The translations under genes were made by a program, and so were the position numbers. A stretch of DNA of 64,000 nt, from contig CAYFYC010000004.1 in assembly GCA_964347305.1 (NCBI GenBank), forward strand, positions 12,784-76,783, given 5' to 3'. The notes under the pieces are model-generated. The model had not been told where the DNA came from and searched no databases. It was given only the letters and a program-made list of their open reading frames with translations. Below, in pieces: positions 58,525 to 64,000 of the stretch. The stretch's first letter is position 1. Every line of letters starts with the position of its first letter. The DNA is from an uncultured Acidimicrobiaceae bacterium. GTDB lineage: Bacteria > Actinomycetota > Acidimicrobiia > Spongiisociales > UBA5794.

Positions 58525-59175
58525 ATGTTTCTCTTCCGCAACAAGACGTCCATGCCCACGGCCGACGACGCCCTGCCGGGCCGAGCCGAGTCGATCCCCG
58601 TCCCCGACACGCACTGGGTGAACGGCAACCGCATCGTCCCGCCGTTCCCCGATGGACTCGAGGTCGCGTACTTCGGGATGGGGTGCTTCTGGGGCGCGGA
58701 GCGGGTCTTCTGGCGACTCGACGGCGTGTATTCCACGGCCGTCGGATACCAGGGCGGCTACACCGAGAACGCCAGCTATCAGGAGGTCTGCTCGGGACGC
58801 ACCGGTCACGCCGAGACGGTTCTCGTCGTGTACGACCCGATGACAATCGGCTACGACCAACTGCTCAAGGCGTTCTTCGAGGAGCACGCCCCGACGCAGG
58901 GGATGCGCCAGGGCAACGACGTCGGCACCCAGTATCGCTCGACGATCTACACCACCACCGCCGAGCAATTGGCGATGGCGAAGCTGGCGCGTGATGAGTA
59001 CCAGGACCGTCTCGCTGCGTCGGGATGGGGTGAGATCACCACCGAGATCCGCGAGGCGCCCGAGTTCTATTACGCCGAGGAGTACCACCAGCAGTACCTG
59101 GCCAAGAACCCGAACGGCTACTGCGGCCTCCAGGGCACGGGCGTGAGCTGCCCGACGGGGTTATCGCTCGACTGA
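58525..59175 (+). CDS. msrA: Peptide methionine-S-sulfoxide reductase
   Basis: [48 protein letters not shown]. Confidence 0.93.
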   Translation: MFLFRNKTSMPTADDALPGRAESIPVPDTHWVNGNRIVPPFPDGLEVAYFGMGCFWGAERVFWRLDGVYSTAVGYQGGYTENASYQEVCSGRTGHAETVLVVYDPMTIGYDQLLKAFFEEHAPTQGMRQGNDVGTQYRSTIYTTTAEQLAMAKLARDEYQDRLAASGWGEITTEIREAPEFYYAEEYHQQYLAKNPNGYCGLQGTGVSCPTGLSLD

Positions 59176-59262
59176 GCAGTCGAGACCGGCGGCCGGTACC
59201 GTGACTTCGCGGCCAGGCACATCTATCTTGCCGCCGGCACACTTCCCCGAGGAGGCGACGAC

Positions 59263-61101
59263 GTGAGGCGAAGGACAGCGCGCGCGGCCGTGTTGCTCAC
59301 CCTGTTCGCCGCGCTCGCCGTCCCCATCGTGGCCCACGCCGCACAGTTGTGTGGTGGCGCCGAGATCACCATCCACGGCAGCAGCGAAGCCGAAGAGATC
59401 ACGGGCACGTCGGGTGACGACGTCATCCACGGATACGGTGGAGCGGACGTCATCGATGGCGGCGGGGGCGACGACATCATCTGCGGCGGGAACGGCGCCG
59501 ACGTGATCTCCGGCGGCTCCGGCAACGATCGCATCATGGGCGGCCGCGGCGCCGACGACATCCATGGCGACGAAGGCAACGACGTCGTCCATGGCAACGA
59601 CGGCCACGATGCGATCGACGGCGGCCCGGGAGACGACCGCCTGCTCGGAGGGTCGGGTGGCGACCGGCTCGACGGCGGAGCCGACCGTGACATCGCCTAC
59701 GGCAACGACGGGAACGATCTCCTCATCGGAGGACCCCAAGGAGACCGGCTCTTCGGAGGAAGAGGGGCCGACTCCGTGCTCGGTCGGTACGGGAACGACA
59801 TCGTCCACGGCGGCCCACATCGAGACGAGCTGCGCGGCGGTGCCGGCGACGACGTACTCGAGGGCGGTCCGGGCTCCGACCTGCTGGCCGGTGGAACCGG
59901 TGACGATCGCGGCATCTCCGGCCCCGGCTTCGACGAGTGCCTCTCGACCTCCCGTGACGACGGGTGCGAGGGCCCCGTCTTCCTCGAGACCTTCGACTTC
60001 GATGCGCCATCACCGACCCCGCTGCCGAACTCCGCGTCCTTTTCGGTCTCCGTGAATTCACGCATCGGCGCAACGCAACACCAGCTCGCAGCCATGGAGG
60101 CCGACCACGGCCCCGATTGCGCTCCCCTTCCCGCGACCCACACAATCACCGCCTACGAGGATGCGGTCTATCGCTGCCGCGACCACCTGATGACGGCGGT
60201 GAGCTCCGGGCTGTTCACCGACCGCACGAACATGGCGGTGGCGATGTTCTCGCCGAATCAGATCCTCGATTTCAGTGGCGGCCCCGCCACGATCACGTAC
60301 GACGCATCGACACTCCGGGCCTCGCGTCGCGACTGGTACGACATCTGGATCACGCCATTCGACGACCTGCAACGCATGCCGCTCCAGGCGGACCGGGTCC
60401 TGATGCAGGGGCCGTCCGAAAACGCTCTCGTGGTCTCGCTGCGCGCCTTCTCCTCGAAAGGAGTCTTCGACGCGTCCATCTTCGACGGGTTCGTCGAGAC
60501 CGAGATCATCGGCTCGAACGATGGCTACGAGACCGTGCTCACGCCGAGCCGTACCGCACGCTCGACGTTCGAGATCGTGATCGAGAGCGACCATCTCAAG
60601 GTCTGGATGCCCGAAGAAGGTCTCGTCTTCATCGACCAGGCCATACCGGAGCTCCCCTTCACGCGAGGCATCGTCCAATTCGGACACAACTCCTACGAGG
60701 TGTTCGAATGCGACGAGGGCTGCGCCGAGGGCCCGGCAACCTGGCACTGGGACGACATCCGGCTCGCACCCGCCGAGCCGATCCGCGCGCTGCCGGCGTC
60801 ACGCCGCTTCGTGAACGCGTCGACCGCCTCGTTCGTGAGCTTCCCCGCACCGGCGCCCGCGGACAGCTGGATCCAGTTCACGGCGATCGGAAAGGAACTG
60901 GAGGTCTCCTTCGATTCCGGGGCGACGTGGCTGGCAGCCGTGACCCAGCACGATCGGGAGAACTACGTGTGGCGCTACCGCAACTACTGGATGCCGATGC
61001 CGGAGAGTGCGACGACCATGCACGTCCGCGGGACGAACACGGCCGAGCATGTGTGGCAGTTCCAGGACATCTCGATCCTGGTCCGCGACGACAACGGCTG
61101 A
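59263..61101 (+). CDS. Secreted calcium-binding protein with about 19 RTX-type nonapeptide repeats and an uncharacterised C-terminal domain
   Basis: Signal peptide LLTLFAALAVPIVAHA. GGxGxDxxx repeats (GGGGDDIICGGNGADVISGGSGNDRIMGG...) span nt 59401-59907. About 395 aa of unrecognised sequence follow. Confidence 0.8.
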   Translation: MRRRTARAAVLLTLFAALAVPIVAHAAQLCGGAEITIHGSSEAEEITGTSGDDVIHGYGGADVIDGGGGDDIICGGNGADVISGGSGNDRIMGGRGADDIHGDEGNDVVHGNDGHDAIDGGPGDDRLLGGSGGDRLDGGADRDIAYGNDGNDLLIGGPQGDRLFGGRGADSVLGRYGNDIVHGGPHRDELRGGAGDDVLEGGPGSDLLAGGTGDDRGISGPGFDECLSTSRDDGCEGPVFLETFDFDAPSPTPLPNSASFSVSVNSRIGATQHQLAAMEADHGPDCAPLPATHTITAYEDAVYRCRDHLMTAVSSGLFTDRTNMAVAMFSPNQILDFSGGPATITYDASTLRASRRDWYDIWITPFDDLQRMPLQADRVLMQGPSENALVVSLRAFSSKGVFDASIFDGFVETEIIGSNDGYETVLTPSRTARSTFEIVIESDHLKVWMPEEGLVFIDQAIPELPFTRGIVQFGHNSYEVFECDEGCAEGPATWHWDDIRLAPAEPIRALPASRRFVNASTASFVSFPAPAPADSWIQFTAIGKELEVSFDSGATWLAAVTQHDRENYVWRYRNYWMPMPESATTMHVRGTNTAEHVWQFQDISILVRDDNG

Positions 61102-61111
61102 CGAGCTTCGC

Positions 61112-61909
61112 TCAGGCCTCGATGTCGGAGAGGGCGTCCGGCCAACCGACCCGTCGGGCGAGCGCTGCGGCCTCGAGCTGGGATCCGGCATCCAGCTTGA
61201 CGAGCACGGCCCGGATGTGTGAACGCACGGTCGCAACGGACACATCCCAGTCTTCGGCCATCTGAGCGGCTGACCTGCCCTGGCAGATGGCGAGCAGCGT
61301 CTGGCGCTCTCGATCGGTGAGCCGGGTGAACGGAGCGAGGCGAGCCTCGAGACGGCTCTTCTCCTGCAGCAGCGCCGCCCGGAGCTCGAACCGATCGTCC
61401 TCCGAGAGCAGCTCCCCACCCGTCACGACCACCTCGACGGAACGAACGAGCTCGTCGGGTGACACGCCCTTGCTGAGATGACCGGCCGCGCCTGCCTCGA
61501 CGCACTGGGCGATGGTGAGCAGATCGTCGGCGGCGGTGAGCATGATCACGGTGACGTCACGATCGAGCAGCTGCTCGATGAAGGCCTCGGCGGTCTGCTC
61601 GCCCAGGTAGTAGTCGAGGAGCACGATGTCCGTGCCCCGAGCAGCCACGGTCTCGGCGAGCTCTGCCGGGTCCTCTGAATAGGCGGCATAGGCGCGGAAT
61701 CCGGCCGAGGAGAGCACACCGACGAGCAGCTGGCTCACGAGATCGTGATCGTCGACGACACCGATCGTCACATCGCCACGTGCAACGACGGGGAGTCGGG
61801 CTTCGTGCGCTTCCTCGCCCCCCATCGACGCCACGACATGCATGGCATGCCGTTCGTCGTCCGCTTCGATCTGACCGGTGTCGAGTCGAACGCTCACAAG
61901 TGTGTTCAT
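61112..61909 (-). CDS. NarL/FixJ-type response regulator (REC + LuxR HTH)
   Basis: IGVVDDHDLV, IVLLDYYLG, VIMLTAADD, then LTDRERQTLLAICQGRSAAQMAEDWDVSVATVRSHIRAVLVKL. The start is uncertain (ATG at 61909 chosen). Confidence 0.8.
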   Translation of the reverse strand: MNTLVSVRLDTGQIEADDERHAMHVVASMGGEEAHEARLPVVARGDVTIGVVDDHDLVSQLLVGVLSSAGFRAYAAYSEDPAELAETVAARGTDIVLLDYYLGEQTAEAFIEQLLDRDVTVIMLTAADDLLTIAQCVEAGAAGHLSKGVSPDELVRSVEVVVTGGELLSEDDRFELRAALLQEKSRLEARLAPFTRLTDRERQTLLAICQGRSAAQMAEDWDVSVATVRSHIRAVLVKLDAGSQLEAAALARRVGWPDALSDIEA

Positions 61910-62144
61910 CTGTTCCTGTCGTTCCCCTGCAAGGCACCGTACCCGCGCCCCCGTGTCGGCCACGGCGCGACCTCTTCTGCCGGGTCTCCCTCCTCTGACC
62001 CCCACTCCCCGATCGTGCCGGTCTCTCCGCCGACGGCGGAACACGTGTGGTGGCCTGACGGCCACAGGGAGTGGCGGGCCAAGTGTACTCCGACAGAGGG
62101 CGGCCGTGGCAAGCCTCCGCGGGTGGTGACCAGCCCGTGACGGG

Positions 62145-62726
62145 TCAGGGCCGCTCGCCGGGTGTCGTTGCGGTGCGCGCCCGTTGCGCCGCGGTTTCGA
62201 GCACGCCCCGAACGAAATCTGGGTCGAATACCTGCGGTTCCAGCGTCTCTTTGTCCCACATGGTGCGGGGTGTGGTGAAGAACTCACCGCCGTAACAGTG
62301 GATCGCCGCCGTCCATTCGCGAGTCGGGTTGGCAACCGAGTGCACGACCTCGTCACCGAGCGTCACGACATCTCTGGCCAGCAGCGTCTTGTCGGTGTGT
62401 GGCTCGATGCGGCCGTCTTCGCGACGTCGGTAGAAGCTGTTGTCCTCCCGACCGCCGTAGAGCCCGATGACCGCCCACATGTTGTGGTCATGGGCGTACA
62501 GGTCCACCTCCGGCGGCCACACGATGTGGAGGGCGGTGAACTCTTCCGAGCGATGCCAGATCGTCATCATCGGGCTCTCGCTCCACGGCCGAACCTCGCG
62601 TTCGATGGCCGCAGGATGCGCCACCGCCCGTTCCACGAGCTCCCGAACCTGGGCGTGTGGTCGATCACCGCCACGGACTGCCGTCAGGCAGTCGGCGATG
62701 AACTGATCCTTGTCGAACGGCGGCAT
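62145..62726 (-). CDS. Cupin-fold protein (double-stranded beta-helix, cysteine-dioxygenase-like)
   Basis: HIVWPPEVDLYAHDHNMWAVIGLYGGRE..F and VHSV look like cupin metal-site motifs. The assignment is weak. Confidence 0.45.
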   Translation of the reverse strand: MPPFDKDQFIADCLTAVRGGDRPHAQVRELVERAVAHPAAIEREVRPWSESPMMTIWHRSEEFTALHIVWPPEVDLYAHDHNMWAVIGLYGGREDNSFYRRREDGRIEPHTDKTLLARDVVTLGDEVVHSVANPTREWTAAIHCYGGEFFTTPRTMWDKETLEPQVFDPDFVRGVLETAAQRARTATTPGERP

Positions 62727-62786
62727 GGCCCTCCCTCTCCTCGATGCGAGGCTACCCCCGTGACCACGCCGCGCGGCGCTCCTTCT

Positions 62787-63368
62787 TCAGCGCAACGCAA
62801 ACGGCGGGTAGCGATCGGTCACGAGGAAGGTGGCGTATGCCTCCACACGGAGCGCCCACGCCAGGACGCCCTCCATGTAGCGGAACACGCCCTCGGGATA
62901 CCGCCCGGTGAAGAGGATGACCAGCCATGCCCACAGCCAGGCGAACAGCGCCCCGACGAAGAGGAACGCGAGCACGACGTAGTGCGGGATGGCCAGGAAC
63001 CACTTCACGAGTGGCATCCATCGGTTGAGGTTCTCCGCATCGGGGTACTCGATGTCGAGCCAGACGTACTGGTCCTCGTCCGTGGACGGGTAGTGGTCAG
63101 ACATCAGAAGCACGTACGCGACGACACGCGTGCTGAAGCGGGCGACCCCGAGCACGAAGTCGAACCACCAGCGCGGGTACTTCTGCCTGAACAGGAGCAT
63201 CAGGAGGACCGGCATGAACAGTGCGCCTGCAGACCCCACGAACGAAAGAACGATCAGGATCGGAATGGCGTAGAAGAGCCTGAGGGCAGAGGACAACCGA
63301 TCGAGGTCACGATCGGGATACTGGATGGAGAGACGGGCCGGGTAGCCCTCTGGTGCGGACGACGTCAT
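62787..63368 (-). CDS. DUF4389-type membrane protein
   Basis: YPARLSIQYPDRDLDRLSSALRLFYAIPILIV, KYPRWWFDF, LAIPHYVVLAFL, LFTGRYPEG. The start is at MTSSAPEGY. Confidence 0.7.
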   Translation of the reverse strand: MTSSAPEGYPARLSIQYPDRDLDRLSSALRLFYAIPILIVLSFVGSAGALFMPVLLMLLFRQKYPRWWFDFVLGVARFSTRVVAYVLLMSDHYPSTDEDQYVWLDIEYPDAENLNRWMPLVKWFLAIPHYVVLAFLFVGALFAWLWAWLVILFTGRYPEGVFRYMEGVLAWALRVEAYATFLVTDRYPPFALR

Positions 63369-63521
63369 GTCAACTCCTCGTGGAGGCGCGCCGGTAGCGG
63401 CGGATTGCGAGTGGGTGCGGCGATACCGATGGTGACCACAGCTCACATCAACGTCGATCCAAGGAGGCACTGCAAGGGCCGAACGTCCGGTTTCGGCTCA
63501 AGGACCGAGCCACGGCTGCGA

Positions 63522-64000
63522 TCAGGCCGAGGCGGCGTCCTCGGCATTCTTGAGACGATCGAGACCATCGAGAATCAGATCGAGGGCGAAGAAGAACTCG
63601 AAGTCGTCGTCGCACCCCGCCCCCACGACGGAGTCGTCGTCGTGGGTGATCTCGGCAACGATCCGTGAGATGTTCGGGTACTCCTCGAGCATCTGCTGCA
63701 TCATTGCCGCCGCGACCTCTGGACTCTCGGTCATCGCATCCGAGTCGTCGAACAGCTCCTGGGAGAAGCCGAGCATCCTGCTGCCGAGGGCATGCAGGCC
63801 GTGGTGCGCCAGCTCCATGGAGAACCCGTTGTCGAAGAGGATGCCGGCGAACGTGTCCATGTATCGCATCATGTTCGGCTTGAGCCGGGTGCGGCTCTCG
63901 ATGACGCCGGACGCCCAGGGATGGCGTTTCATGCTCTGACGGGCTGCGAGGATGCGGTTGCGCATCTGCGACTTCCAGGTGTCGCCACGGATCGTGAGGT
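63522..64000 (-). CDS. TetR-family regulator, C-terminal ligand domain; the N-terminal HTH lies beyond the window edge
   Basis: The frame stays open upstream of the track Met to the window edge. The pattern HPWASGVIESR...MRYMDTFAGILFDNGFS.ELAHHGLHALGSRMLGF resembles the TetR_C (tetracycline-repressor-like) domain. Confidence 0.65.
   Translation of the reverse strand, partial: LTIRGDTWKSQMRNRILAARQSMKRHPWASGVIESRTRLKPNMMRYMDTFAGILFDNGFSMELAHHGLHALGSRMLGFSQELFDDSDAMTESPEVAAAMMQQMLEEYPNISRIVAEITHDDDSVVGAGCDDDFEFFFALDLILDGLDRLKNAEDAASA

Overview
This is a visibly high-GC, gene-dense chromosomal segment with about 70 protein genes and one RNase P RNA. I saw no rRNA, tRNA, CRISPR array, transposase, integrase or prophage genes. 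The content looks like the core genome of an Actinomycetota-type bacterium: a WhiB-family regulator, a Cdc48-like double AAA ATPase, an LCP protein, a DEDD exonuclease fused to GIY-YIG behind a TCGAAC-N4-GTTCGA-type SOS box, and NIF3/COG1579 next to rnpB. This taxonomic placement is inference only. Recognisable housekeeping blocks are leuA/cimA-leuB, gnd, pntAA-pntAB-pntB, metK-kynU, trpD, msrA, and a nearly complete, translationally coupled histidine operon (yerC-like regulator, then hisG-D-C-B-H-F-IE) with hisA divergent from it. Many neighbouring genes overlap by 1-4 nt (ATGA/GTGA). The long Arg/Pro-rich ORFs antisense to these genes are high-GC artefacts. The observations most worth a second look are listed below.

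1. A TlpA/ResA-like thioredoxin-fold lipoprotein has a single in-frame TGA exactly at the first Cys of its CxxC motif, followed by a SECIS-like hairpin. It is either a candidate selenoprotein or a very recent pseudogene.
2. A tightly coupled 12-kb, 8-gene minus-strand operon joins a MoxR-DUF58-VWA-VWA (Bat-like) module to an ABC-2 exporter and two large uncharacterised membrane proteins.
3. One of those membrane proteins contains a perfect (Gln-Gly)x35 dipeptide repeat encoded by synonymously varied codons.
4. A perfect 16-bp AT-rich inverted repeat lies between hisA and the TrpR-like yerC gene that heads the his operon.
5. A TPM-domain protein carries an unusual insertion of roughly 500 aa before its Gly-rich tail.

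I found no clear defence island or mobile element. None of the system-level ideas can be confirmed without database searches.
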